Positions 1 through 10,210 are shown, numbered from the stretch's first letter. The stretch: DNA of 64,000 nucleotides from Candidatus Bathyarchaeota archaeon (GCA_963772455.1 CAVYXJ010000011.1:86775-150774), one strand, 5' to 3'. Program-made: numbers and translations. Notes: generated by a model not told the origin, from the letters alone.

Positions 1-123
1 AACTAAAATTTCCGTGCCGCATAAACATTTTATGATTGGCATCCTTTTTTTATGGACGGGGAATCTCCTCTGGCGACTTTTGTTTGTAGAGAATTTAGTG
101 TTATTAGTTCTTTTTTTAGTCAC
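1..123 (-). CDS. Small CxC-motif protein, truncated by the window edge
   Basis: Open frame from GTG 123 (or ATG 42) to base 1, ending ...KKRMPIIKCLCGTEILV; too short for the ORF track. Confidence 0.5.
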   Translation of the reverse strand, partial: MTKKRTNNTKFSTNKSRQRRFPVHKKRMPIIKCLCGTEILV

Positions 124-360
124 CAGCTTTTCCTCGTTATTGGATATTGAAATAAATCTTAGTGATATCTGATATAAGAAGTATTAGTATGCACGATACT
201 TATATTGAATATTTACTTTGAAATTCATAAATTTCTACAAAAAAAACCACAAGCATCTGGGATAAAGCAAAGTGCTATAAAATCGCTTATTTAAATATAT
301 AAAAAAATATTTTTGATTGAAAATCATTAATGCATAACTTGAATGGTAAATTTTTTATTA

Positions 361-483
361 CTAAGCATGAATTATCTCTGGTTCCATACCCAAGTAATGT
401 TTTGAGTGACAATCTGCTTTTGGGCAGCCCTCGCAACTATCGAAAGTGGATTTCTGGCATGGAAGAATGTAAGCGCGATCCAT
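361..483 (-). CDS. 40-aa Cys-rich microprotein
   Basis: Hand translation MDRAYILPCQKSTFDSCEGCPKADCHSKHYLGMEPEIIHA*; purine-rich GAAGTGA upstream. Confidence 0.45.
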   Translation of the reverse strand: MDRAYILPCQKSTFDSCEGCPKADCHSKHYLGMEPEIIHA

Positions 484-618
484 TATTTTTTTTCACTTCC
501 TTATTTCAGTATTGTGTAATGTGTCTTAATATAATATGCACATTTAAGGTTTCTGCACCAATTATTCACAAAACAGTTCCACAAATCATTCTTGCAGCTA
601 ATCTACCATACAATATTG

Positions 619-795
619 CTATTCACGATTTTCATCTGAACTTTCCAAATCCAAAACTTGAAGTTGCAAATCCTTGTTAATAATAAGCTCAACCTGACAA
701 ACTGGGCATTGAATTATTTCTCCAACAGCAGAATATTTTACGAAATCTTCTTTATCAGAAAAAATATAACTGCATTCAGGACATTGTGCTGTCAA
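619..795 (-). CDS. LysW-like zinc-ribbon protein with atypical C-terminus
   Basis: CPEC...GEIIQCPVCQVEL pattern as in LysW; acidic tail ends DENRE instead of EDWGE; start likely TTG 795 (ORF extends to 825). Confidence 0.65.
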   Translation of the reverse strand: MTAQCPECSYIFSDKEDFVKYSAVGEIIQCPVCQVELIINKDLQLQVLDLESSDENRE

Positions 796-894
796 GATTA
801 GAACCTTAGTAACCAGTTTTAGCATATCAACCTAATAAAATGATCTGCATCCAAAATTTCAAATAAATCTTCAAATACAAAAAAAGAAGAAAGT

Positions 895-1275
895 TTATTC
901 TATGTGCCATTTCTTTGCTACTTTGACAATAACAAAGACTACTAAAGCGACAATTATGAAAGTAATTAACGCTACCAGAAAGTCGCCTATGCCAAAGACT
1001 TGACTTAGCAGTGTTGCAGAATAAGATGCTAGATCTGACATGCCTGGAATAATTAAGCCTAGCAACGGAATAATGAAGTCTTTGACAAGCGCTTGAATCA
1101 AGGTGCCAGCATATAAAGCTAAGATAAAAGCCACAGCTAAACCAAATATTTTATACTTTGATAGAAAATCCTTGAACTCGTTTACGAATCCTTTTGGCGG
1201 TGTCGGTGGTGGAGCTTTTTCTAAAGCAGCACTAATCTTCTTTAATTCTGTTAAAATTTCGTCTTCTTTATCCAA
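895..1275 (-). CDS. mscL: Large-conductance mechanosensitive channel, MscL family
   Basis: EFKDFL..Y.IFGLAVAFIL, LVKDFIIPLL, G.FL.ALI.FIIVA motifs; two TM helices. Confidence 0.85.
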   Translation of the reverse strand: MDKEDEILTELKKISAALEKAPPPTPPKGFVNEFKDFLSKYKIFGLAVAFILALYAGTLIQALVKDFIIPLLGLIIPGMSDLASYSATLLSQVFGIGDFLVALITFIIVALVVFVIVKVAKKWHIE

Positions 1276-1425
1276 ATTAACGAACTCCTTAGAGATAATT
1301 GGTTCAATTTTTTTATAAGACTTTCCTTTTTCTAGCAGTAAACATTAATGAAAAAAATACTGTATTAAAAAAAATTTTATTAATTGGAAATTTGAATTGT
1401 TTTAGGAGAATTTTTATTTGTGAAT

Positions 1426-1551
1426 TTAGCTATCAACTAAATGAGCAGTGCCGTCGGGGCAGTAGACTTTTTCACCAACGATTACTCGACAATAACGTTG
1501 TTTGCATAAGTGCAGTTGATTTGAGCATCCTTCACAGTTTTTACTTAACAT
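1426..1551 (-). CDS. 41-aa Cys-rich microprotein
   Basis: MLSKNCEGCSNQLHLCKQRYCRVIVGEKVYCPDGTAHLVDS*; SD-like GAGGCGA just upstream of the ATG; 5 Cys and 2 His. Confidence 0.6.
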   Translation of the reverse strand: MLSKNCEGCSNQLHLCKQRYCRVIVGEKVYCPDGTAHLVDS

Positions 1552-1712
1552 TTTATCGCCTCTTTTAATTCAATCTTTAGTAATAATACATCTTACTTAA
1601 TAAAGAATATGAATTTTAGATTACTAAGAAAGAAATTCAAGAATTATTACAACAAAATTGGTACAAAAATAGGAAATGACATGATAAATTGAGATTTTGA
1701 GTCCCAAAAAAA

Positions 1713-3774
1713 TTAAAATTTAATGAAGAGAGAAATGATAGGTAATGAATAAAGCCTGTGGTGATTAGGTAAGAGACTCTTCCAGGTTAACGTTGGCTTA
1801 TCCTCCTTGTTGACCAAGTCATTTTCTAACAGCCCAACTTCCTTGGCGTCTTCAAGCTCTTCTTTAAGCTTTTCAATCTCGACTATAGAAGTTGACTGTT
1901 TTTCGAGTTCCTCAGCAATTCCCTTAATTGTTGGAGTACCTTGTTTTTTTGCGTTTTGTACCGCTTTAATTAAGAGCTGGCTCTTAGTTGGAAGTTTGTT
2001 ATAGAGTATAAGCAATGATGATTTTTCCTGCAAGTTCAATATTAACCTATAAATTATTAATACCATAAGTAGAATCATTGATGCTGCTGAGAGGGCTAAG
2101 CCGTTTTGGCTAATTGCCAAGGCGATTGATGTCCAGGTTTTGATGGGTTGCCAGTAGTCGTTGACTTCTTTTGCAATTGGCAATAGTAGTTTCTCTGATT
2201 CTGAAACATCACTTGTTGATTTCGGATATGTGACTAGGCTGAGTTTCACATGTTTTTGTTGGGTTTGATTATTTACGGTGAAAGTTGCGGTTTCGTACCA
2301 GTAGAGAACAACTTGGGTCTGGTTTGTGCTGTGATATTGGAATGCAAAGTAGCGTCCAACTATGGGTGGATTTGCTTGGGTTTGGATATCTGTTAGGTCA
2401 AGTTGAGTTACTTTTGGCTGTATCCCTTGACTGAGAGGATAGTTAATGAGACAGGTTTCCCAGCGATGAAGTGGTCCAGTAGTGGCTGCAAGTTCAACTG
2501 CTACCCAAATTGTGGGTTTAGCTGAATCTGTTGAGCCATAGGCATAAACGAGGGATGCATCTTCGCCTGAGAGTTCTTCAAAGTTGGTGTCTCGGTAAAC
2601 GTAGCTAAGGTTGTATCCAGGGATTTGTGGTAATGGGAGAATTTGGGTGTTGGGTTGCATGCCTGAGGGTGTTTGAACTAATATTTCGGCGGGTCCTTCA
2701 GTTAGAGCAAAGACCGGCGCTTGAATAGACAGCAACAAACCGATGACTATCGCGATGCCAGCAATTTTTACTATGTCATTTTTGGTTAACTTCATTTTTG
2801 GGTATTTGATTATTTTTCCGCAACTGGAGCAGAAGTCTTCATTCGAAGTTGTGTTACAACTTAGGACAGGGTTGTTTTGGTTTAGGCTTTTTCACGAATT
2901 TTTCAGTTGTTATTAGAAGAATCAATGTACCTATGAACATCAAAACTGTTGCACCCATGGTATGAAAGACTTGTAGAGCAAGTGATTCACCATAGCTGTT
3001 GCCAATTGCAAGAATGGAAGTTATTCGTATAATGTTTAAGCACGATAATTAGGGGTATGCCCATTATGAGAATTAAGAATTTACTCCACAATTTGCCTCT
3101 GGTGATGTACGCGATGAAGACCGCGAAAATTACAAATCCTATTAAACTGTATACTCCTGAACACGCGACGTCTACGCTGAAATTCATTATTGTTTGATCG
3201 GGTCTTGTAAGTGTTATTATTGGACTACCATATTGAGCGGAAATCGTTGACGCCATTCCAAACGCGTTCGCTAAAGCATTTGACGCATGAGCGCTGAGGT
3301 CCGAGAGGGTTGAGCCAACGCTATAGAGGATTTCTGTTGGCGGTGGAGTTAAGAAAAATAAGAAAACAATTGGAAATGCAAGTTGTTTTAGAGTTTGAGC
3401 ACCAAACAAAATAAGAATTAAGCCAGATATTAGAATTGGAAGAGTAAGCATATGATACTCAAGGGGTGTAAAAGTATACGAGCCAAACCAATATGCCAAA
3501 ACAGCTATGGCACACAACAGAATCCCAACGATGACTGCGAAATTCTTTGCGAAAATAGATGGAGATAGTTAATCCCTCATGTTTGAAATGATGCATTAAC
3601 CATTGCTCTTTTGCGATACAATAAGTAGCCAAATAGGAAAGGAATTGCTAAAATGTGGTAAGTTGATTCATCTCCTAGAGCATTTCTGAAAATAAGGTTT
3701 AGGTCCTGCAGAAAAAAAGCAACAACGACCGCAACCATAAAAAAAGATTTTATGGCAATAGCTATGTTATGTTG
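1713..3774 (-). pseudogene. Exosortase/archaeosortase fused to Zn-ribbon, EpsI-like domain and putative C-terminal wHTH; frameshifted
   Basis: VDVACSG (Cys 3161-3163), LNIIRI (Arg 3025-3027) and QVFHT (His 2962-2964) after frame correction; HRWETCL and VLYWYE EpsI-like motifs in ORF 1713-2795; frame breaks near 3585, 3040 and 2870-2900; start uncertain. Confidence 0.75.
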
Positions 3775-4266
3775 TCATAGGTACTTTATATTGAGGTTTT
3801 TGTGTTGCAAGTTATGGACCTTATTTGTGAGCTGAATATCTTTATTGTTCAGGATTTTAAGTTAGTGGTTTTCAAGTGAAAATGTACATTTTTTTGAATG
3901 AAGGGAACTTTTGTTCCCAATTATATTGAAGCTTCACCTTTCTCTCCATCCGTAAGATGGGTTTGAAGTTTAAAAGGCATATTTCAATATTGGATGTATA
4001 TCAATACTTGAAAAATATTAATTTTGGATTCGAGCCAGTTTGAACACAAGGAAACGTCACTGTCTTAGTCTAAGAACCAGTGATAATAGTTTGTGCAGGT
4101 ATAGCAAATTGGATTAAAACCAGGCAGATTAATCCATTGATTTTCCTAAAGAGAAGAGTTTTTTCGGGGTTTTTTCTTTGTATTTATTGCAGTTTAGGTT
4201 AATTGAGCATTTGCACAACGGTAATAACAACTTTTTCTGAAGAGTTTAATAGACCCCTTGTGATAT

Positions 4267-4908
4267 TTGCGATGTAATAGAGGTTTTTCTCTGTTTGCCA
4301 TTGGTCATTTTGCGTTGGGATACTTAGTAGGAAAAGGTTCCAGTAAACTTGCCAATGTTAAATTGAATTTACCTCTTCTATTTGCAGCCTCGGTGCTTCC
4401 AGATATTGACTTGTTATTTAGCTTCCTTATGCATCGGGGACCTACACACTCGTTAATTGCCATAACAGCCTTGATGATTCCATTTTTCATTATTTATCGC
4501 AGACAGGCTATCCCATACTACGCTGCCTTGCTTTCTCATATTTTTCTTGGTGACTATTTCACAGGGGGAATTGAACTTCTCTGGCCTGCGTCTCATGGTT
4601 GGTTTGGAGCATTAAACTTTGAAGTAACTAGTTTACCTAGTGCGTCCGTAGAACTTGGGCTTTTCATTGTGACATTACCAATAATGTTCAAACTTGGAGA
4701 TCTTCAGGTTTTTCTAAAACCCAACAATAGAAATTGGATTCTAATAATATCATTGGGCGCAACCCTTGTACCTTTGCTCTCTCTTGGTCGTAGTGTAGAA
4801 AACTCTCTCCCTCTACTTCTTGCTTTACCAAGCGTTTTCTACATAAGTCTATTTGCTTACTCGATGTTCGTTTGGTTAAGAGGTTGGCACAAAGTGGATC
4901 GAAAATAG
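4267..4908 (+). CDS. Membrane-bound metal-dependent hydrolase (YdjM-like)
   Basis: GH..., LPDID, HRGPTHS, SHIFLGD motifs; true start probably near 4291. Confidence 0.85.
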   Translation: MRCNRGFSLFAIGHFALGYLVGKGSSKLANVKLNLPLLFAASVLPDIDLLFSFLMHRGPTHSLIAITALMIPFFIIYRRQAIPYYAALLSHIFLGDYFTGGIELLWPASHGWFGALNFEVTSLPSASVELGLFIVTLPIMFKLGDLQVFLKPNNRNWILIISLGATLVPLLSLGRSVENSLPLLLALPSVFYISLFAYSMFVWLRGWHKVDRK

Positions 4909-4911
4909 AAT

Positions 4912-5454
4912 CCTTTAGGGAGAAATGCTTGGCAACTTAAAACGTCATTCCAAACACGAGACCCCTTAACTATCAAGTAAATACGAGATTCGTCTGGAGC
5001 TTTAAGAACGCGGGCGAAGACTCCGATGCGGTCAACTCACGCGTTTACAGGTTTGTATCCATTAACTTCGACAAGGTCTTTTAGATCTTTGTCTGTTACG
5101 CCAAGCTCAAGGCGACGTTATCGCCTTTGTCTAACTACTCGGTTCTGGATATGGATTCATTGTTTTGCAGTGTCCAAATCATTAACGAAAACAAAGATTA
5201 CGAAACCTAAAATCGCTATTATGAAACTCGTTACTGTTACAGCTAAAACAACATAGTTCATCCAAAACAGAGATGCAAACTTTTCATCTGACAACAATGT
5301 TGTCGAAGGGTTAATGCTGTTTCAATCAATTAACTAAAACCCTCGCCAAGCCAACATACAAAAGAGAAATACGCCCCAACCTCCGCTTACTAATGACTCT
5401 CCAATAAATTCTGTGTATTGCCTTATGAACAGGTTGTTTTTGAATAGTCCTTCT
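4912..5454 (-). pseudogene. Degraded membrane-protein ORF
   Basis: Hydrophobic segments followed by protein-like RRLELGVTDKDLKDLVEVNGYKPVNA*VDRIGVFARVLK, with in-frame stops and frame breaks. Confidence 0.35.
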
Positions 5455-5706
5455 TCAAATATTCTTATGTTCTCTCTTTCCACGTTTGATAGTTCCTTTT
5501 AGGGTCTCTACTATCGCCGCTTCTTTTTTAACTGGAGCTGAGATTTGTTTTTTTGCAAAGTGACTTGGATAGAGAGCTTTATGAGATTCGCGTGAAATTG
5601 GGCTCCAAAAATGTTGTTTGCAAGATGGTTCTGGACAATCTTGAGCTGTTGCTTCACGTTTAACAGCTTCTTCTAACTCTAGTTTAACCTTAGTCTTTTT
5701 GTTCAT
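5455..5706 (-). CDS. Small basic protein with a C2H2-like zinc finger
   Basis: CPEPSCKQHFWSPISRESHKALYPSH fits C-x4-C-x3-F-x8-H-x6-H. Confidence 0.5.
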   Translation of the reverse strand: MNKKTKVKLELEEAVKREATAQDCPEPSCKQHFWSPISRESHKALYPSHFAKKQISAPVKKEAAIVETLKGTIKRGKREHKNI

Positions 5707-5763
5707 GTTTCAGGCTCCAAAAATTTTGTAATAATTCTCTTATAAGGCTTGGTGTTTTCGCAG

Positions 5764-7035
5764 TTATTGTTTTTTGGTTAGTTCTTCTAGGATTTCTTTA
5801 GCTCGGTCAACTCGAACTTTGCGTTCTTTAACCATTCGTTCTGCCACCAAATCTACCATTTGATCTTTGGCGCCTGCTGTAACGGCAATATTTCTGGCAT
5901 GCAAGGACATATGACCACGTTGAATTCCTTCACTTGATAAAGCTCGCAGGGCACCTAGGTTTTGAGCCAGACCCACAGAAGCTAAAACTTCACCGAATTC
6001 GTTGGCCGATTTCACGTTAAGAATTTTCATGGCGATTCGGGCGATTGGATGCGTTTTTACTGCCCCACCGATTAATCCAACAGCCATGGGTAACTCGATT
6101 GAACCTTCTAGGTCTCCATTTTTGTTTTTAACCCATTTTGATAATGTTGTGTAAGGTCCATTGAATGCTGCGTATGCATGTCCTCCTGCTTCGATGGCTC
6201 TGTGGTCATTTCCTGTGGCTAAAACGACAGCGATTATTCCGTTCATGGCACCTTTGTTGTGGGTGGCCGCTCGGTAAGGGTCAGCTGCAGCAAAAGCGGA
6301 AGCATAAGCTATGCCTTCTACTACTGCTTCGCCGCCTACTGCTTGTTTTGGAACTGTGCACCATGCCTTCGCGAGTCGTTTAACTGCCAAGTTGGATATT
6401 ATACGCAAATAAACATGTCCACTTGTAAGCTGCTCAATCATAGGAGAAACGGCTTCAGCCATTGTGTTAACAGCGTTTGCGCCCATCGCATCTCGGCAAT
6501 CCACAAACAAGTGGACGATAAGCATTTGTCCCATAGTGGTTTGGATAACTCGGGCGTCGAGGTCTTTTGCTCCGCCGCCAAACGAGTTGAGAACTGGATC
6601 TTGTTCGTTTGCTTTTTTGAGGATTTCGACTTTGGCTGCCAAAACTTGATTTTTCGCAATTTCTGCATCTTTGATTTTGACAACTTGGATTTGTCCAATC
6701 ATGATTGGTGTTGTGCTACTTGTGTGGAATCCTCCACCGTCGCGAATCATCTTTGCTGCGTAGCTTGCTGCAGCGATTACGCTTGGCTCTTCAGTAGCCA
6801 TTGGAATTAAGTAGTCTTTTCCGTTAATTTGGAAGTTTACACCGATGCCCATTGGTTCGGGAAAAACGCCGATGACGTTTTCTACCATATGGTCAGCTAC
6901 ATCCAAGGGTAGCGAACCTGTGTTTTCGAGTAATCGAATTTCATCTTCGGTTAAACCTGCAAAATCTTTAATGATTGCTAACCGCTCTTTTGGCGGAAGC
7001 TTGTAGAAGCCTGAAATTACTGAAGACTTAGCCAT
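5764..7035 (-). CDS. mvaA: Hydroxymethylglutaryl-CoA reductase, class II
   Basis: ENVIG, MATEEPSVIAA, DAMGAN, RAATHNKG, GIQRGHM.LH motifs. Confidence 0.95.
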   Translation of the reverse strand: MAKSSVISGFYKLPPKERLAIIKDFAGLTEDEIRLLENTGSLPLDVADHMVENVIGVFPEPMGIGVNFQINGKDYLIPMATEEPSVIAAASYAAKMIRDGGGFHTSSTTPIMIGQIQVVKIKDAEIAKNQVLAAKVEILKKANEQDPVLNSFGGGAKDLDARVIQTTMGQMLIVHLFVDCRDAMGANAVNTMAEAVSPMIEQLTSGHVYLRIISNLAVKRLAKAWCTVPKQAVGGEAVVEGIAYASAFAAADPYRAATHNKGAMNGIIAVVLATGNDHRAIEAGGHAYAAFNGPYTTLSKWVKNKNGDLEGSIELPMAVGLIGGAVKTHPIARIAMKILNVKSANEFGEVLASVGLAQNLGALRALSSEGIQRGHMSLHARNIAVTAGAKDQMVDLVAERMVKERKVRVDRAKEILEELTKKQ

Positions 7036-7111
7036 TCTCTATCACATTGCAAGTGAGTGTTTGACTTTTCGCATTTAAACTTTAACCAAGCTGATTTTCA
7101 AAACATTGTGG

Positions 7112-8131
7112 TTATAGTGTTGTTTGACCGTTAGTTCTGGGCATTGCAATTGCTGAGATGCCTAAGCGTTTATTGATTTCTATAGCTAGAGCGTCGCCGT
7201 TGCTGCGATAATTATCGGTGATCACTTGCTTTGCTCCTGATCGTTTAACATATTCAATTAATCCGTCAAAGTCCGAGTGGTCACTTAGCGCTACTAAATG
7301 TTCTCGATCGCCTATTTGTCGACTGGGAAAGCGGAATTCCCATCCACTCAAACAGATGCGAGCATTACGCAATCCTACGTGTTGTCTTTGATTCATATGG
7401 TAAAATGCGACGCAGGGTAAGTTTTCTTCTAAAAGTTCCTGTCCTTCGTTATCAGAGGAAAGTGAAAGACAGCCTAAACGCATACCATGATGCTCACAAA
7501 CTTTTGTAACTTCATAAACTCTTTCAGGCATGACAAAGGGTACCTCAACATCTGCGTCTCTTAGAAGTTGCATTGCTTCTTGCAATTTGCCATGATAACC
7601 AAAAACGTAAACTGTGCCACCTCGCAGACGTTTCTCAATCATTGAAACAAAGAGTTCACGTACATTTACATCGAAATTGCGCCTGCATGAAGGACTTCCA
7701 TATGTGGCCTCAACAACTAAAACATCGCAATCCACAACTGGTGTACCGTCTAATCTGAAATCACCCGTCCAAACAATTCTGATACCTCCTGCGTCTTCAA
7801 CTAAAACTTGTGCTGCACCCAAAATGTGGTCTGCTTTTATAAAACTGATTTTCTCGTCTTTGTACTTTAAGACTTTTCCGTATTCTAAGGTTTTTACTGC
7901 TGCACAATCTTTGAGTTTGAGAGATCCGTTGAGGGTTTCTGTGAGGTCTCTTGTGGCTTTAGTCATTAAAACTTTCTCGCATTTCTTTAGGCTGCTGCGT
8001 AAACCGTAGAGGTGGTCGGCGTGTGCATGGGTTACAACTCGTAATGGTCTTGATGCGTCAAAGGCGTCGCAGGCGACATTGTCCCCTAACAAGACGGCGC
8101 CAGTTTTAGTTACTAAAGCTCTTTCAGCCAA
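7112..8131 (-). CDS. Metallo-beta-lactamase/beta-CASP-like nuclease
   Basis: THAHADH, HILGAA, TGDF, EATYG, LSDHSD motifs; start likely TTG 8131. Confidence 0.85.
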   Translation of the reverse strand: MAERALVTKTGAVLLGDNVACDAFDASRPLRVVTHAHADHLYGLRSSLKKCEKVLMTKATRDLTETLNGSLKLKDCAAVKTLEYGKVLKYKDEKISFIKADHILGAAQVLVEDAGGIRIVWTGDFRLDGTPVVDCDVLVVEATYGSPSCRRNFDVNVRELFVSMIEKRLRGGTVYVFGYHGKLQEAMQLLRDADVEVPFVMPERVYEVTKVCEHHGMRLGCLSLSSDNEGQELLEENLPCVAFYHMNQRQHVGLRNARICLSGWEFRFPSRQIGDREHLVALSDHSDFDGLIEYVKRSGAKQVITDNYRSNGDALAIEINKRLGISAIAMPRTNGQTTL

Positions 8132-8145
8132 ACTTTGTCTTCTCT

Positions 8146-8544
8146 TTAAGTTTTTTCTGCCAACCAATCGATGAGTTGTTCAGGATTATCAGTTTCAATA
8201 TTAACTCTAATTGGGCCTAAAGGTGATTCGGCTGATTCTTCAGAAAAAGAGATGTGTCCTACAAAAGCCACTTGTTTGTTTAGGTAGAAAGAAATCATGT
8301 TGCCTCTGATTGATTTGAAAAGCAGTCTTCTTGATGCATCGCGAATTCGATCGTTGCGAAGTAGATTACGAAGTTTGACAAGTGAATCTTGTCCTTTAGC
8401 AATGGCAGTCAATGAGCTACCTTTTATGGAGGGCTTAATAATTATTGTTGCATTATCGAGAAAGTTGTTGACTGCCGCTTTTACATTCTCTTCGTTTTCG
8501 GTAGGGTTAATTTGAGTTTCAACAAAAACTGTTACTTCAACCAT
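8146..8544 (-). CDS. UPF0201/DUF54 putative RNA-binding protein
   Basis: PTE.EE.V..A..N, LNKQVAFVG, SPLGPI, IDWLA motifs. Confidence 0.85.
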   Translation of the reverse strand: MVEVTVFVETQINPTENEENVKAAVNNFLDNATIIIKPSIKGSSLTAIAKGQDSLVKLRNLLRNDRIRDASRRLLFKSIRGNMISFYLNKQVAFVGHISFSEESAESPLGPIRVNIETDNPEQLIDWLAEKT

Positions 8545-9098
8545 TTCTTCTCAACCTCCTTCAATGAATCCTGTATTTTTCCTTTAACAACCTCTAAACT
8601 ATTATCGTTCACTATAATCTGTTCAGCCATAGCAATTACGTTTCCTAAACCAACTGTGAGTTCACGAATATCTCGTTCATTGAATACTTTCCACTCAGTT
8701 GGGTCATCACTTCTGTGCCTTTTGGAAAGGCGATTAAAACGGATTTCGGGTGAGGCATGTATTGCTAAAAGGCTGAATTTGGAAAAATGTTCTTTGAATA
8801 TGTCAGCTTCAAATAGGCTTCTTAAACCATCTACTAGGATTTTGTTGCTTGCTTGTTCTAAAATTTTTGGGACACATTTTTGGGCGATAACAAAGTTACC
8901 TTCTTTTTGGCGCAATTCAAGCATAACTTTCCCAACATTCTGAGGAGTCAACTCAAAGCCACGCTTAAGTGTCTCTTGCCTGACAACATCGCCCATAACC
9001 ACAACAGCATAACCCAAGTCGCGAGCGGTATCAACAACCAAAGATTTTCCTGAACCAGGCATCCCAGTTAAACCAATAACTAATTTGTCAGCTTTCAC
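8532..9098 (-). CDS. UPF0200 P-loop kinase (dephospho-CoA-kinase-like)
   Basis: GLTGMPGSGKS, MGDVVR, DGLRS..E, R.DD motifs; start likely GTG 9098. Confidence 0.85.
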   Translation of the reverse strand: MKADKLVIGLTGMPGSGKSLVVDTARDLGYAVVVMGDVVRQETLKRGFELTPQNVGKVMLELRQKEGNFVIAQKCVPKILEQASNKILVDGLRSLFEADIFKEHFSKFSLLAIHASPEIRFNRLSKRHRSDDPTEWKVFNERDIRELTVGLGNVIAMAEQIIVNDNSLEVVKGKIQDSLKEVEKKWLK

Positions 9099-9560
9099 GT
9101 TATCTTGACCCTTTTCGGTTGTATAGCAGGATACTTGATTAAAAAGTCTATTGCACATACTTAATACTGGTAAGTTCTTTCTTCAAAAGCATCTTCAACG
9201 TATCACTGTTAAGCTGGCTACTCAAGCGTTGCTTATGAGATAGACGCAGCCGTTCTTTGTGCTCTAGATCTATTTTTCTGGCAAGTGCAGAGTCAACTTT
9301 TCCACAAACCATCATTTACAGTCACGCCTGCCATAACCTCAACATTAACCAAAGAGCCGAATCTGGCAAACAAATCAACGAACCTAAACCCCAATATGAA
9401 CGACAAACCGATTCAGATTTTATTGGCGCTAACGCATGGCATGACAACTCAAATGATGAAATTTCATTCAAGAAAATATCATTACAAAACCGATTGAAAG
9501 CAGAATTTGACCGAACAGAATAGGCAAATCTTTTAAGTAAATTAACATCATAAAAGCAAA

Positions 9561-9893
9561 ATGGCGATTGAAATTTCAGGGTTAGGTTTCAACTTATTTG
9601 GCGGTAAAAAAGCGAAGAAACAAAAGAAAAGAACCCAATTAGCAAAAAATCAAGCAACTGGTTTAGGCGTTCAAAGATTACATGAAATCGGTTATGCTAT
9701 GCAAGGTTTCAATGTTACAAGGAAAAAAACTGGATGTGATTTTGAAGCAACAAGGCAAAATCCTTATACTGGAAAAAAAGAACACCTGTTTGTTGAATCC
9801 AAAAGTAGTTCAACTGCAACAGTTAGACCGCTACAGAAAAAAATGCAGAAAAAGAAAAGAAAAAATTATAAAATAGAACGTGGGCTTCTTTAA
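9561..9893 (+). CDS. Small basic PD-(D/E)XK nuclease-like protein
   Basis: E..Y..QGFNV.R...GCDFEATR...LFVESKS, i.e. the E...D...ExK pattern of Hjc/DUF3883-like nucleases. Confidence 0.6.
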   Translation: MAIEISGLGFNLFGGKKAKKQKKRTQLAKNQATGLGVQRLHEIGYAMQGFNVTRKKTGCDFEATRQNPYTGKKEHLFVESKSSSTATVRPLQKKMQKKKRKNYKIERGLL

Positions 9894-10210
9894 CTCAAAT
9901 TAACAACTAAATTAAGTTATTGCGTAACTGCCATTAAACACTACTCTTGTTTTGTGCGATTTAACTTAACTTTATCAAGGAATTGTTTAGCGGCTCGTTT
10001 GTGTTATCTAAATCTGAAAGAAACCAAAGAGCAGATGAAGTTTAAGCGAATACCTCAACTCATCAACAACGTGATTTCTTTCTTTGACTTCGACATGGTA
10101 CTCTCAAAGTTCCGATACTATATTTATGCAGAGAGGCGAATAAACAATCCAAGCTTTTTTGAATAAACATTTATGAGTGTTTGTGTTAAAATCTTTAGAA
10201 GGAACATTTA

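Noticed and set aside
6165-6810. Antisense or overlapping ORFs in the track, here and over glnA, glyS, the ATPase and ABC genes
   Set aside because: Shadows of well-supported genes, with no motifs
5764-7035. Bacterial-type class II HMG-CoA reductase as a novelty
   Set aside because: Already known in several archaeal lineages such as Archaeoglobus and Thermoplasmatales
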